DNA of 64,000 bases. Origin: Candidatus Latescibacterota bacterium (GTDB taxonomy: Bacteria > Latescibacterota > UBA2968 > UBA8231). The number at the start of each line of letters is the position of its first letter. The first letter of the stretch is position 1. Positions 39,988 to 51,029 of the stretch are shown piece after piece. Position numbers and translations under genes: made by a program. The stretch covers positions 3,360,001 through 3,424,000 of the forward strand of contig CBDCDC010000002.1 in assembly GCA_965215195.1 (NCBI GenBank). Direction: 5' to 3'. The notes below the pieces were generated by a model that was not told the origin of the DNA, searched no databases, and worked only from the letters and a program-made list of their open reading frames with translations.

Positions 39988-42900
39988 ATGGGCGAACTGA
40001 CCCTCATCTGCGGCCCGGCCCATCCCGACAAGGCAGCGCCCGCGTACGAGCGCTGCTTGGCGCACCTCAACGCGGGCGACGGTGGGGCCTTCCTCTGGCT
40101 CTTTCCAACGCAGTTCCAAGCCCAGCTCATGCGGCGGCAGCTCATCCGCGCCAGCCGCACCCGCCTGTTCACCGGGCACTTGGCCCTCAGCCTAAACAGT
40201 TTCACCGACAGCCTCTACAGCCTCTGTCCCGGCCGGCGGCCGGCCCTGCCCCTCAGCGCACACCGGCTCCTCGTCGAAGACGCCCTCGCAGCCAGCGCGG
40301 CCAGCACGCCCTATTACAGCCGCCGACCCGAGCGGTTGAGCCGGGGGCTGACTCAGTTGTTCCGCCGGCTGGAGGAAGCGGGCACACAGCCGAGCGACTT
40401 GGGGGGAACAACCCAGCGCAGCGCGGAATTGCAGGCCCTTTATGCGGCCTACCTAGAGCGCCTCGCTAGCTGGAGCGAGAGCCGCGAGCGCTTTGCCGCC
40501 GTGCATGCTCATCTCGACCGCTCAATGCTCGCACAGCACTTCCCGGGCCTCGGCTTGCTCGTGTTGTGCGGCTTTGTAGAACTGCCCGCGCCTTTTTTGC
40601 CCGTGCTGGAGAAGCTGCTAGCCCTCGTTCCAGAATCCATCGCGTTGCTCGACTACGACCCGGAGGGGCCCGGTTTTTTTGCCCGTACGCGCCCCCTGTG
40701 CGAATTCCTCCGCGCCCGCGCCGGCCGCGTCGAATACAGTGCGGCCGAGCACCACCCGGCCGCCGCCTTTGCCGGCCGCCTCTTCACCCACAGCCGCGAT
40801 AGCCTCAACGCACCTGTAGAGCGGGTCGCCTGCCCAGACCGAGTCGGCGAAGTCGCAGCCATGGCCCGCCGCATCCGCCAGTTGCACCAAGAGCAGGGAG
40901 TAGAGCTAGCCCAGATCCGCCTTGGCTTCCGCAACCTCGACGCCTATGCCGAACTTGTGGCGGAAGTGCTGCCGCGCCACGGCCTGCCTTTTTACCTCGC
41001 GCGCGGGCGGCCCCTTGCCACTGCGCCCGCCATGAACGCCGTCTTCGCGCTCCTAGACGCGGTGCTAGAGCGCTACAGCCGCGCCGCGCTCTTTCGCCTG
41101 CTCAGCTTGCCCTTGGTGCGGCTGCGCTACGCATTCGCCGGCCAGACCTGTGCGCTTTCGGCCGCGGACTTCGCTGCTTCTACGTGCAACTTCCCGCCGC
41201 CGCCCGGGCGCAACGCATGGCTTGCAGCCATCGACGACACCTGCGCTTACTTAGAGCGCGAGCTAGGCCGCGAAGGCGAGCCCGTCTGCGAAGAAATCGA
41301 CGATCCTCCGGCTTGGCGCGAGTCCCTGCGCGGCGAGTTGGCGGCCCTCCAGCCCCTACAAGCCGGCCTGACCGCGCTCTTTGACCTGCTCCAGCCCTTG
41401 GAGAGCCGACAGGATCTGCCCTCCTTCCGCCACCACTTGCTCCACGCCCTCGGCGCATTGGGCGTAGAAGACGCGCTCGCCGATGGGGCCGCAGAAGACG
41501 GTCGAGCACTGGCGCGCTTTTTGGAGCTGCTGGACGAATTGTGCGCGCCGGCCGCCGCCCTGCAGCCCCGCACTCTGGGCCAGTTCGCCGACCTGCTGCG
41601 CGACGCCATCTCCCAAGCGCACGTCCCCGCCACAACGCACGCCGGCATTCAAGTGACCGATCTCGCCGCAGCGGGCAGCGCGCCCTGCGATTACCTCTTC
41701 CTCGGCGGGCTGGTGCAAGGCGAGTTTCCCCGCTTGCCGCCGGCCGATATTTTCCTCGAAGAAACCCAGCGCCGCGCCCTGAACTTGGACGAGGACACCA
41801 CCACCGCGGCCGAGCGCCTGCTGTTCTACCGCGCCGCGTGCTCGCCGCGCCGCGGCCTCGGCGTCTTCTATCCCCAGCAGGCGGGCAGCGAGATGCTCAC
41901 TCCCTCGCCCTTTGTCACTGAGTTAGACGGCCTGCTCGGGCCGCAGGCTGCGGCGCGTGAGGCTGATACTGCGCCGGGCACCCTTGCCGAGTTGCACCTC
42001 GCATTAGGCCGCGGCCTGTGCGCGGCCCCCCCGCCGTCAGGCCGTGCATCCGACCCAGCGCTCTACGGTCAAGCCACCGCGCTGCGCCACCTCGTGCGCG
42101 GGTTGCACATCGCCGAACTGCGCACCAGCCCCGAGGGTTGCGGCAATTATGAAGGCGTACTCGACGAGGCACCGCTGCTCGCCGCGCTGCGCACCCGCCT
42201 TGGCGCGGGCCATTCTTTCTCCGCGACTCAACTGGAGCTGTACGGCCGCTGTCCCTTCCGGTTTTTTGCCGAGCACCTGCTCAGTCTCCAGCCCCTCCGC
42301 GACCCGGAAGCCGACGACTCGGCACTCGTGCGCGGCAACCTCGTCCACCGCATCCTCTACCATTTCTATGCCGATCGCGGCGAAGCGGCCGAACGCACGG
42401 AAAACTTGGCTATCAACATCGCAAAACTGCGCCACCAAGGCCGCCAAATCGCCGCAGAAATGGGGCTTACGGGCTTTTTCTGGGAGCGGGAACTAGAGCG
42501 CCTGCTCGGCTCTGACAACCGGGAGCGGGAGGGCGTCTTGCCCCGCTTCCTCCGCCTGCAAGCGGCCGCGCCCGACCCGGCCGTGCCAACCCATTTCGAG
42601 CTGAGCTTTGGCAGCTATCCCGGCATAGGGCCGCACGACCCGCAATCGACCACCACCCCCTATGCCATCGGCGACCCAGACACCGGGGACGAGGTGCGGC
42701 TCTCCGGCAAGATCGACCGCATCGACCGCACGGCCGACGGCCGCTTCGTGATCTTCGACTACAAGACCGGCCGCATGCCCTCCGCAGCCGATATTGACAC
42801 CGGCCTCAACCTCCAGCTCCCGCTCTACTTGCTGGCGGCCGAATCCCTGTTCGGGGAAATCGGGCTGCGCGAAGGGGCCGGGGCCGCGTACCTGATGCTC

Positions 42901-43173
42901 CGCGACCTAGAGGACTGCGGCCGCAGCGGGCTGTTCGCCGATGCCACTCATCGCAATACAGCCTATGTCGCCAGCGGGCGCTACGGCATGTACGACCACG
43001 AGGCGTATCGCCAGCGCCTCGACGCCGTGCGCGGCTTCGTCCTCTCGTATGCACGAGCCATGCGCCGTGGCGTGTTTCGCGTCACTACTCACGACCCGGC
43101 CAAAATCTGCCCGCACTGCCCGTATCAACAAAGCTGCCGCCTCGATCCCCAGCGCATGAGGGCCTTGTCGTGA
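39988..43173 (+). CDS. addB: AddB-like subunit (inactive helicase + PD-(D/E)xK nuclease)
   Basis: FSATQLELY..CPFRFF, GKIDRID...DYKTG, C..CPY...C Fe-S staple. Confidence 0.85.
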   Translation: MGELTLICGPAHPDKAAPAYERCLAHLNAGDGGAFLWLFPTQFQAQLMRRQLIRASRTRLFTGHLALSLNSFTDSLYSLCPGRRPALPLSAHRLLVEDALAASAASTPYYSRRPERLSRGLTQLFRRLEEAGTQPSDLGGTTQRSAELQALYAAYLERLASWSESRERFAAVHAHLDRSMLAQHFPGLGLLVLCGFVELPAPFLPVLEKLLALVPESIALLDYDPEGPGFFARTRPLCEFLRARAGRVEYSAAEHHPAAAFAGRLFTHSRDSLNAPVERVACPDRVGEVAAMARRIRQLHQEQGVELAQIRLGFRNLDAYAELVAEVLPRHGLPFYLARGRPLATAPAMNAVFALLDAVLERYSRAALFRLLSLPLVRLRYAFAGQTCALSAADFAASTCNFPPPPGRNAWLAAIDDTCAYLERELGREGEPVCEEIDDPPAWRESLRGELAALQPLQAGLTALFDLLQPLESRQDLPSFRHHLLHALGALGVEDALADGAAEDGRALARFLELLDELCAPAAALQPRTLGQFADLLRDAISQAHVPATTHAGIQVTDLAAAGSAPCDYLFLGGLVQGEFPRLPPADIFLEETQRRALNLDEDTTTAAERLLFYRAACSPRRGLGVFYPQQAGSEMLTPSPFVTELDGLLGPQAAAREADTAPGTLAELHLALGRGLCAAPPPSGRASDPALYGQATALRHLVRGLHIAELRTSPEGCGNYEGVLDEAPLLAALRTRLGAGHSFSATQLELYGRCPFRFFAEHLLSLQPLRDPEADDSALVRGNLVHRILYHFYADRGEAAERTENLAINIAKLRHQGRQIAAEMGLTGFFWERELERLLGSDNREREGVLPRFLRLQAAAPDPAVPTHFELSFGSYPGIGPHDPQSTTTPYAIGDPDTGDEVRLSGKIDRIDRTADGRFVIFDYKTGRMPSAADIDTGLNLQLPLYLLAAESLFGEIGLREGAGAAYLMLRDLEDCGRSGLFADATHRNTAYVASGRYGMYDHEAYRQRLDAVRGFVLSYARAMRRGVFRVTTHDPAKICPHCPYQQSCRLDPQRMRALS

Positions 43174-46100
43174 AACGCGCCATCCCCCTGACTCCAGTCC
43201 AGCGCATGGCCCTCGACAGCCAGCGCAATATCGCGGTCACCGCCAGCGCCGGTGCCGGCAAGACCGCAACGCTAGTCGAGCGCTACATCGAGCTGTTGCG
43301 CCGGCATCCCGAGATCGGCGTACGCCAAGTGCTGGCCATCACCTTTACCCAAAAGGCGGCCGCGGAAATGCGCGAGCGCATCGCCCGGCGCCTATCCGAC
43401 GCCCTCGATCAAGAGCTGCCCGAGCCAGAGCGGCAGCGCCTGCGGCAAATCCGCGCAGACCTGCCGGCAGCGCGCATTTCCACCATCCACGCCTTCTGTG
43501 CGGCCCTGTTGCGCGAGCATCCCATTGAAGCGGATGTGGACCCGGCCTTCGCAGTCTTGGAGGAAGTAGATGCCGCGCAACTGCGGCACCAAGCCGTGCG
43601 CCAAACCCTAGAGTCCCTCGCCCGTACGCGCGACTCCGACCCGGGCAAAGAGGCCCTGCGGCGCACCTTGGCCGAATGGCCGCGCCGCTATCTCGAACAG
43701 GTCTTGGAATACTTACTCGAAAAAAAGCATCACGCCCGCTCGTGGTGCCGCCGCTACGCCGAGCAGTCGCCCGAGCAAATCCTCAGCGACTGGCGCAAAA
43801 TGCAGCAAGCGGCCGGCACTCCCGCGTGCCGCGCCCTGCTCGCGGATGCCCACTTCACCGCGATGCTCGCCGCGCTCGCCGCGCTCGCACCCCTGACCGA
43901 CGCGAGCGACTCGGCCGTCGAGCGGCTAAACCCGCTTCGCGACTCCATGCGCCGGCTGAGCCAAACGCCCCCGCTCGACGAGGCCCTAGCAATCCTCCCG
44001 CGCCTAGCCAAGGGGCTTTTGACCAACGGCAAACCCCTAAGCGGCAGCCGACTGGGCAAGAAATCCAATTGGGAGGAAGCCGCGCTCGCCCGCGTCCGCG
44101 AACTCGTGCCCGCCTTGGGGCACTGCTTGGCCCCGTACGCCGACCTCCTCGGCCTCGAACTCGGTGCGGCCGACGAGCGCGCGGCCGCCGTGCTGCCCGC
44201 CCTGTCGCGCGTCTTTCTCCGCGCCGATGCTCGCTGTGAGCGCAGCAAAGGCAACGGCCGTATGCTGGACATGGACGACCTCCTAGAGAAAAGCCATCGG
44301 CTCATCGCCTCCGACGCCGACATCCGCCACCGCTTGGCCCAACACTATCGCTTTGCCCTGATCGACGAATTCCAAGACACCGACCCCTTGCAGTGGGAAA
44401 TCATCCGCTCGCTGGCGTCGCCGGACGGGGCACTGGCTGGCGACAAACTCTTCATCGTCGGCGATCCCAAGCAGTCGATTTACTCGTTCCGCGCCGCCGA
44501 TGTCACCGTCTTTGCCCGCGTTCGCGACGCCATTGCTGCGGCCAATGCCGCGCACGAGCGCGAGTCCCGGCCCTTTTGCGACGACGGCGAGGTCCTCAAC
44601 GCCTCCCCGGACGAGCGGCTCGGCACGCTCGTCATGGGCGAAAATTTCCGCACTCTCGCCCAGCCCATTGCCTTTGTCAACGCGCTCTTTCCCAAGTTTA
44701 TGCAGGCCGTCCCGGACGAGCCTTTTCAAGTAGGCTACGACCCGCTCGTCGGGTGCCGCCCCACCAGCGCAGGCACGGGTTCGGTCGAGCTTTTGCTCTT
44801 GCCGCCAGACGATAGCCGCGATTCGACCGAGGCCGCGCTGGGCGAAGCCGAGCTGGTGGCCCGCCGCCTGAGCCACCTGCTGGCAGGCAGCGACCTACAA
44901 GTTGCCGACGAAGGGGGGTTGCGCCCGCCCGTTCCCGCAGACATCGCCTTGCTCCTGCGCCGCCGCCGCAACCTCTTCGCGTACGAAGACGCGCTGCGGG
45001 CCTGTGGCATCCCCTTCCAAGTAGCTGGCGGCCGGGGCTTTTACCAGCGCCAAGAAATCTACGACCTAGCCAATATCCTCCGCGTCCTCTGCAATCCCGG
45101 CGACAGCATCGCCTTGATGGGCGCGTTGCGCTCCCCGTACTTTGGCCTGTCGGACAACGCCCTGTACGCGCTGACCGCGCCCCACGGCGGGCGCCTCGCC
45201 GAGCACCTCGGCGACGCCGAGCAGCGTCAGCGCCTCGCCCCTGCGGACCAAGAGGCCGCCGCAGACGCGGTCGCCCGACTCCAGTGCTGGGGCGGGCTGC
45301 GCGACCGCGTACCCCTCGTCGAGCTTGTACACACCATCCTCGAAGACACCGGGGCTTGGGGCTTTCTCTGCTATGGCGAGCGCGGGGAGCAGGCCGTGGC
45401 CAACGTGCATAAGCTCCTCGACCTCGCTCGCGAATTCCGCGGTCCCTTGGCCGATTTCGCAGCCCGCCTCGACTTGTTGACTAGTGAAGAACAACAAGAG
45501 GGCGAAGCCCGCCTCGACGCGGACGCCTTGCACATCCTGACTGTGCATGCGGCCAAGGGCTTGGAGTTTCCCATCGTCGTCGTGCCCGACTTGGCCGCGC
45601 GATTCAATTTGCAAAACAGCGCCCCCGCGCTCCTCGACGCGGAAAAGGGCATCGGCTTGCGCGCACTCGACCCCGAGCAGGGCTATAAAAAGACCTCCTC
45701 CTTTATCCGCACCCTCATCAATCGCAACGCGAGCCGCCGCCAGCGCGCTGAAGAGAAGCGCCTGTTGTACGTGGCTTGCACCCGCGCCCGCGATCACCTG
45801 CTGCTCGGCGGCGCCCTGACCGACAAGCACTTTGCCGCCGACCTCGACGCGGCTGCGGACTGTCTCGGTTGGATTTGTGGAAGTCTAGCACTGACAGAAG
45901 CCGACCTCGCCTGCGGCAGCAAGGCCGTCGCGGGCGTACCATCCCCCTTGCCCATCCACATCGACCCTAGTGCATTCCCGGTCCCCGCGACCACCGCCCG
46001 CCGGGCCGGCACCCGCGCCGCCGCGCCCGCGCAAGCACCAGTACCAGCGTTGGATCTGCTGTCGCCGCTCGACGATTCCCAAGACCGGCCCGAATTCGCG

Positions 46101-46760
46101 GTTGGCGAGCTGGTTCTCTTCGCCGCCGATCCGGCCGCGCACCATCGCCAGTACGCGCTGGGTCTGCCGGCGTGGCCCCTCGGCCAAGTAGATGCGCCGC
46201 GCCGCCGCGGCATGCTCTTTGGCCAGCTCGCCCACGCCGGTCTAGAGGCCCTGAGCAACAGTCCAGACGCCGACCCCGCGGGCCTCGCCGCCGACCTCGT
46301 CGCCGCCGCCACTTTGCCCGTAGCATCCTATCGCGCCTCGTTTGAGCGCGAGCTGGCCACCCTATTGCGCCGCTGCCGCCAGTCGCCCTTAGCCGCGCTC
46401 TGGCGTACCCATGCCGAGGCCCGCACCGAAGTGCGCTTTACGCTCTCGCTGAACCGCGGATTAGTACATGGAGTGGTCGATTACATGGGACTCGGGGCCG
46501 ACGGACTGTGGGAATTAGTCGATTACAAGACCGGCCACCGCGCACATACAGAAGAGGCCGTACAGCACTACCGCCTCCAGTTGGAAGTGTACGCTCTCTG
46601 CTTACAGGCCCTGCACCCAAGCCAAGGCGAATACCGCGCCACGCTGTATTTTACCGACTTAGATGAAGCGCACCTCGTGCCCTTCACACCAGCCGAGCTA
46701 GCCGCGGCGCACACTCGCCTCGACGACCTCGTCGCCCGGCTCATTGCGGCCAAAGCCTAG
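43170..46760 (+). CDS. addA: AddA-like UvrD helicase/nuclease
   Basis: ASAGAGKT, DEFQDTD, VGDPKQSIY, TVHAAKGLEF, LYVACTRA, DYKTG. Confidence 0.92.
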   Translation: MKRAIPLTPVQRMALDSQRNIAVTASAGAGKTATLVERYIELLRRHPEIGVRQVLAITFTQKAAAEMRERIARRLSDALDQELPEPERQRLRQIRADLPAARISTIHAFCAALLREHPIEADVDPAFAVLEEVDAAQLRHQAVRQTLESLARTRDSDPGKEALRRTLAEWPRRYLEQVLEYLLEKKHHARSWCRRYAEQSPEQILSDWRKMQQAAGTPACRALLADAHFTAMLAALAALAPLTDASDSAVERLNPLRDSMRRLSQTPPLDEALAILPRLAKGLLTNGKPLSGSRLGKKSNWEEAALARVRELVPALGHCLAPYADLLGLELGAADERAAAVLPALSRVFLRADARCERSKGNGRMLDMDDLLEKSHRLIASDADIRHRLAQHYRFALIDEFQDTDPLQWEIIRSLASPDGALAGDKLFIVGDPKQSIYSFRAADVTVFARVRDAIAAANAAHERESRPFCDDGEVLNASPDERLGTLVMGENFRTLAQPIAFVNALFPKFMQAVPDEPFQVGYDPLVGCRPTSAGTGSVELLLLPPDDSRDSTEAALGEAELVARRLSHLLAGSDLQVADEGGLRPPVPADIALLLRRRRNLFAYEDALRACGIPFQVAGGRGFYQRQEIYDLANILRVLCNPGDSIALMGALRSPYFGLSDNALYALTAPHGGRLAEHLGDAEQRQRLAPADQEAAADAVARLQCWGGLRDRVPLVELVHTILEDTGAWGFLCYGERGEQAVANVHKLLDLAREFRGPLADFAARLDLLTSEEQQEGEARLDADALHILTVHAAKGLEFPIVVVPDLAARFNLQNSAPALLDAEKGIGLRALDPEQGYKKTSSFIRTLINRNASRRQRAEEKRLLYVACTRARDHLLLGGALTDKHFAADLDAAADCLGWICGSLALTEADLACGSKAVAGVPSPLPIHIDPSAFPVPATTARRAGTRAAAPAQAPVPALDLLSPLDDSQDRPEFAVGELVLFAADPAAHHRQYALGLPAWPLGQVDAPRRRGMLFGQLAHAGLEALSNSPDADPAGLAADLVAAATLPVASYRASFERELATLLRRCRQSPLAALWRTHAEARTEVRFTLSLNRGLVHGVVDYMGLGADGLWELVDYKTGHRAHTEEAVQHYRLQLEVYALCLQALHPSQGEYRATLYFTDLDEAHLVPFTPAELAAAHTRLDDLVARLIAAKA

Positions 46761-46969
46761 CGCGACACGGCCGCGGCGCGGGCCAAAACCGCCAGCACCT
46801 CCTCGCGCAGGGCCTCTGGCAGGGCCGCGAAGTCGATCTGCCCAGCCCCGCTCGGCAGCTCGGCCCGGCTCTTGTTCCACCCTTCTTCCGCACGGCACCA
46901 CCTGATTACCACACCATTGCCCAAGCGGATGAAATACGCCCCGTCGTCTGTGTAGAGTGTCGCTCGCAT
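46757..46969 (-). CDS. small hypothetical protein
   Basis: SD GAAGGA + ATG, 70 aa, convergent overlap with the addA stop. Confidence 0.5.
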   Translation of the reverse strand: MRATLYTDDGAYFIRLGNGVVIRWCRAEEGWNKSRAELPSGAGQIDFAALPEALREEVLAVLARAAAVSR

Positions 46970-47257
46970 AGCTTCCTTCTCCCTGAATCACGTCGTTTGC
47001 CTTCCCAGCTTGACCGCGTACTTTTTAAGCATTCGCAACGCAGCCGACAAATCATCTCGACAGCTTTGGGTCGTCAAACCCCAACCTCACCATTAGGAGA
47101 GGCGACAAAAGACCATGGCCGAATCCATCACTCACGACCGGCGCAGAGGATTGTCGAGCAGAGGGCAGCCGCCGCGTGGATTATCGGCATCCAGCGCTAA
47201 ACAAGCTCGTCCTCCCTCCCCGGCCGTCCTCTAAAGGGCGTTAAATTAGGACATTCA

Positions 47258-48952
47258 ATGCAAATTTCCGCCCTTCGGGCCTCGGCCGCTTTCGGCGCAC
47301 AGGTACAGCAAGCCGCCGAGTGCCTGTCCGCCGAGCGCGTCTATGACCGCATCCTCGCACGCGATCACGCGGTCTGGCGGCCCGACCCAACCGAGATTGC
47401 CAATCGGCTCGGGTGGCTCGACAGCCCGCGCGTCATGCGGGACGCCATCGGCCCCATCCGCCAATTCATCGACGCGGTCCGCGCCGATGGATACACCCAC
47501 GCCCTGCTGTTGGGCATGGGCGGCTCTAGCCTCGCGCCGGAAGTCTTCCGCGCGACCTTGGGCGTGGCCGATGGCTTTCTCGACCTCTCAGTGCTCGACA
47601 GCACCCAACCCGACGCGGTCTTGGCCAAGGCGCGCACCCTCAACCCCGCCCACACCCTATTTCTCCCGGCCACCAAGTCCGGCGGCACCGTAGAGACGCT
47701 GTCCTTGCTCAAGTACTTCTACAACCGCACGGCGGACGCCCTCGGGCCAGCCGAGGCCGGACGGCACTTCGCCGCCATCACCGACCCGGGCAGCGGCCTC
47801 GAAGCCCTCGCGCAGCGCCTCGGCTTTCGCCACATCTTCCGCAACGACCCCAACATCGGCGGGCGCTACTCGGCCCTGTCGCACTATGGCTTGGTCGCGG
47901 CCGGGGCCATTGGCGCGGATCTCGACTGCCTGCTCAACCGCGCCGTGCGAGCCACGGCCGACCCGCAACCGGGCATCCAACTCGGGGCCTTTCTCGGCGC
48001 AGGGGCCCTCGCCGGCCGCGACAAGCTGACCCTCATCGCTTCGCCAGCCGCCAGCGCGGTTGGCGCTTGGATCGAGCAACTCATCGCCGAGAGCACCGGC
48101 AAAGACGGCAAGGGGTTGCTGCCGGTCGATCTAGAGCCTGCGTGTGCAGCCCACGCCTACGGACCCGACCGGCTCTTCGTCCATCTGCGCTTGGACGACG
48201 CAGCCGAAGGCCGCGCCCAAGCCATTGCCGCGGCCGGGCACCCAGTCTTGTGCCTCCAGCTAGCGGACGCCTACGATCTCGGCGCGGCCTTCTTTCACTG
48301 GGAAATTGCCGCGGCCATCGCCGGATTCTTCCTCCGCATCCATCCCTTTGACCAGCCCGATGTCGAGGCAGCCAAGGAGCTGGCCCGCCAGATGGTGGCC
48401 GCCTACCAGCAATGCGGTGCGTTGCCCGCGCCCGCGCCCGACCTCGTCGATGGTCTTGCGCTATACGGACCTGTGCGGGGCACCACCCTGCCCCAAGCCT
48501 TGGCGCACTTTTTGGCACGCGGCGAGCAAGGGCGTACGTACATTGCCCTGCAAGCCCACCTCCCGCCGACCCCGGCCACCACCGCCGCTCTACAGGACTT
48601 GCGCCACCAGCTACTAGCGCACACCGGCCTAGCCACGACGCTCGGCTTTGGGCCGCGCTTCCTGCACTCAACCGGGCAACTGCACAAGGGCGACGCCGGG
48701 CGCGGGCTTTTTATTCAGCTAACGGCCGACTCGGCAGAGGACGCGCCGATTCCCGACCAAGCCGGGGCCTCGGCCTCTAGCATTACCTTCGGCGTCCTCG
48801 CCCAAGCCCAAGCCCTCGGCGACCGCCAAGCCCTCGGCGATCGAGGGCGGGCCGTGCTCCGCATCCATCTAGGCGCGGACATCGCCGCGGGCCTTGCCCA
48901 ATTGCGCCGCGCCCTAGGCCCGAACAACGACTCCACAGGAGAAGTCCAATGA
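47258..48952 (+). CDS. pgi: glucose-6-phosphate isomerase (Tal-Pgi type domain)
   Basis: LGMGGSSL, KSGGT.ET, IGGRYSAL, EQLIAESTGK, PFDQPDVE. Confidence 0.88.
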   Translation: MQISALRASAAFGAQVQQAAECLSAERVYDRILARDHAVWRPDPTEIANRLGWLDSPRVMRDAIGPIRQFIDAVRADGYTHALLLGMGGSSLAPEVFRATLGVADGFLDLSVLDSTQPDAVLAKARTLNPAHTLFLPATKSGGTVETLSLLKYFYNRTADALGPAEAGRHFAAITDPGSGLEALAQRLGFRHIFRNDPNIGGRYSALSHYGLVAAGAIGADLDCLLNRAVRATADPQPGIQLGAFLGAGALAGRDKLTLIASPAASAVGAWIEQLIAESTGKDGKGLLPVDLEPACAAHAYGPDRLFVHLRLDDAAEGRAQAIAAAGHPVLCLQLADAYDLGAAFFHWEIAAAIAGFFLRIHPFDQPDVEAAKELARQMVAAYQQCGALPAPAPDLVDGLALYGPVRGTTLPQALAHFLARGEQGRTYIALQAHLPPTPATTAALQDLRHQLLAHTGLATTLGFGPRFLHSTGQLHKGDAGRGLFIQLTADSAEDAPIPDQAGASASSITFGVLAQAQALGDRQALGDRGRAVLRIHLGADIAAGLAQLRRALGPNNDSTGEVQ

Positions 48953-50403
48953 GCCGAGCAGACATCGGCCTAATCGGCCTAGCCGTGATGGGCGAAAACC
49001 TCGTCCTCAACATGGCCAGCCGCGGTTTCACCGTTGCCGTTTACAACCGCACAACCGCCAAGGTCGATGCCTTTATGGCCGGCCGCGCCCGCGGCCAATC
49101 CATCATCGGCACCCACGCGCCAGCCGAATTGCTCGCCCAGCTCAAAAAGCCGCGCCGCGTGATGCTCATGGTGCAAGCCGGCCAAGCCGTGGACCGCGTC
49201 ATAGCCGAGCTCGCGCCCCTGCTCGACCGCGGCGACATCCTCATCGACGGCGGCAATTCCAACTACCAAGACACGGCCCGCCGCACTCAAGAGCTCGCTG
49301 CCAAAGGCTTGCTCTACGTGGGCACTGGCGTCTCCGGCGGCGAGGAGGGTGCGCTCAAAGGCCCGAGCATCATGCCCGGCGGCAACCCCGCCGCCTGGCC
49401 CCACATCAAAGACCTCTTCCAAGCCATTGCCGCCAAAGTAGCAGACGGCAGCCCGTGTTGCGATTGGGTGGGCCGCGACGGCGCCGGCCACTACGTGAAA
49501 ATGGTCCACAACGGCATCGAGTACGGCGACATGCAGATGATCGCCGAGGCCTACGCCCTGATGCGCGAGGGGCTCGGCATTGAGCCGCAGGCACAGAGCG
49601 AAATTTTCAAGCAGTGGAACGAGGGCGAACTCGACAGCTACCTCATCGAGATCACCGGCCATATCCTCGCCAAGATCGACGACGAGACCGGCCAGCCAAT
49701 GGTCGATGTCATACTCGACGCGGCCGGGCAAAAGGGCACTGGCAAGTGGACCGGCATCGACGCCCTGCAATTGGGCGCACCAGTGACCGCCATTACCGAG
49801 GCGGTCTTCAGCCGCGCCCTGTCTTTCCTCAAGGACGAGCGCGTGGCGGCAGCCGGCGTTCTCCAAGGGCCAGACGCTTCGTTTACCGGGGACAAAGACG
49901 CTTTCGTCGCAGACATCCGCCGAGCACTGTACGCGGCCAAAATCTGCTCCTATGCCCAAGGCTATCAGTTGCTCGCCCTCGCCGCCCGCGAATACAACTG
50001 GGAACTCAACTACGGAAACATCGCCCTGCTGTGGCGCGGTGGCTGCATCATTCGCGCCCAGTTTTTGGGCCGCATCAAGGAAGCCTTTGACGCGGATCCA
50101 ACGCTGGCTAACCTGCTACTCGCGCCGTACTTCAGCCGAGCACTCGCGCAAACCCAAGCGTCTTGGCGCAGAGTCGTGGCCACGGCCGCGACCCTCGGCA
50201 TACCCGTGCCAACCCTTGCCAGCGCCCTCGCGTACTACGACGGCTACCGCTCCGCCCGCCTGCCCGCCAACCTGCTCCAAGCCCAGCGCGACTACTTCGG
50301 TGCCCACACGTATGAGCGCACCGACAAGCCACGCGGCACGTTCTTCCACACTAACTGGACCGGGCGCGGAGGCGCGACCGCATCAACAGCTTACAACGCC
50401 TAG
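48949..50403 (+). CDS. gnd: 6-phosphogluconate dehydrogenase, decarboxylating
   Basis: GLAVMG, KMVHNGIEYGDM, QRDYFGAHTY. Confidence 0.97.
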   Translation: MSRADIGLIGLAVMGENLVLNMASRGFTVAVYNRTTAKVDAFMAGRARGQSIIGTHAPAELLAQLKKPRRVMLMVQAGQAVDRVIAELAPLLDRGDILIDGGNSNYQDTARRTQELAAKGLLYVGTGVSGGEEGALKGPSIMPGGNPAAWPHIKDLFQAIAAKVADGSPCCDWVGRDGAGHYVKMVHNGIEYGDMQMIAEAYALMREGLGIEPQAQSEIFKQWNEGELDSYLIEITGHILAKIDDETGQPMVDVILDAAGQKGTGKWTGIDALQLGAPVTAITEAVFSRALSFLKDERVAAAGVLQGPDASFTGDKDAFVADIRRALYAAKICSYAQGYQLLALAAREYNWELNYGNIALLWRGGCIIRAQFLGRIKEAFDADPTLANLLLAPYFSRALAQTQASWRRVVATAATLGIPVPTLASALAYYDGYRSARLPANLLQAQRDYFGAHTYERTDKPRGTFFHTNWTGRGGATASTAYNA

Positions 50404-50743
50404 TCTAAAAAACGTTTGGCAAACGCTGCATTGACGTACGCAATTTGTCGCATACAGCCGGCGTTTTTCTGTGCAAGTGCCGATGCCGCCGCCTGCCCGT
50501 TTGCATTGTTTCGCCCTATGGAAATAGGGTGCTACGCGCCTTCTCATCCCACCCGTACGCACAACGCGAATGAGATAAGATCGCGCCTTTCGACCGCTTC
50601 TTTGCCGCGATAATTTTTCCCCATACGACACGCCAAATCAACGCGCCCATTCCGCAAAACTTTGCGCCGCCGGTCGGCACATCGGCACAAATGTCGCCGC
50701 AGCACTAGAAGCTGAATTGTCGCTAGCAATTTTGTGGTTTCCT

Positions 50744-50847
50744 CTAACTACACGACATCAATAACTTGTCGTTGATGGGCGATGCGTCCGGGATCGAGGG
50801 CAAGATGCCCTCGATCCGAGGGTAAGGCCCTACTGTCGTGTACCTAG
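50744..50847. mobile_element. REP-containing MITE copy 3
   Basis: CTAACTACACGACA...TGTCGTGTACCTAG; 49 bp identical to copy 1; degenerate TSD. Confidence 0.8.
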
Positions 50848-51029
50848 GGTTGTCCTTTGTTTGGAACGGCACGAGGACCTCGTCTCTAGAGAATGTCTGC
50901 TGCATCCCCTTTTGCTATTTTTTCGCTAGGCGCACAATACCATTTTGCAGTACATTTGCTAAATACTATATTTTTTTCTTAATTTGAAAATGTTACACAT
51001 ACACTTACTCTAAGGTGAAAGGATTTTTC

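Noticed and set aside
47091-47235. Small ORF with SD upstream of pgi
   Set aside because: SD spacing is long and the peptide is featureless.
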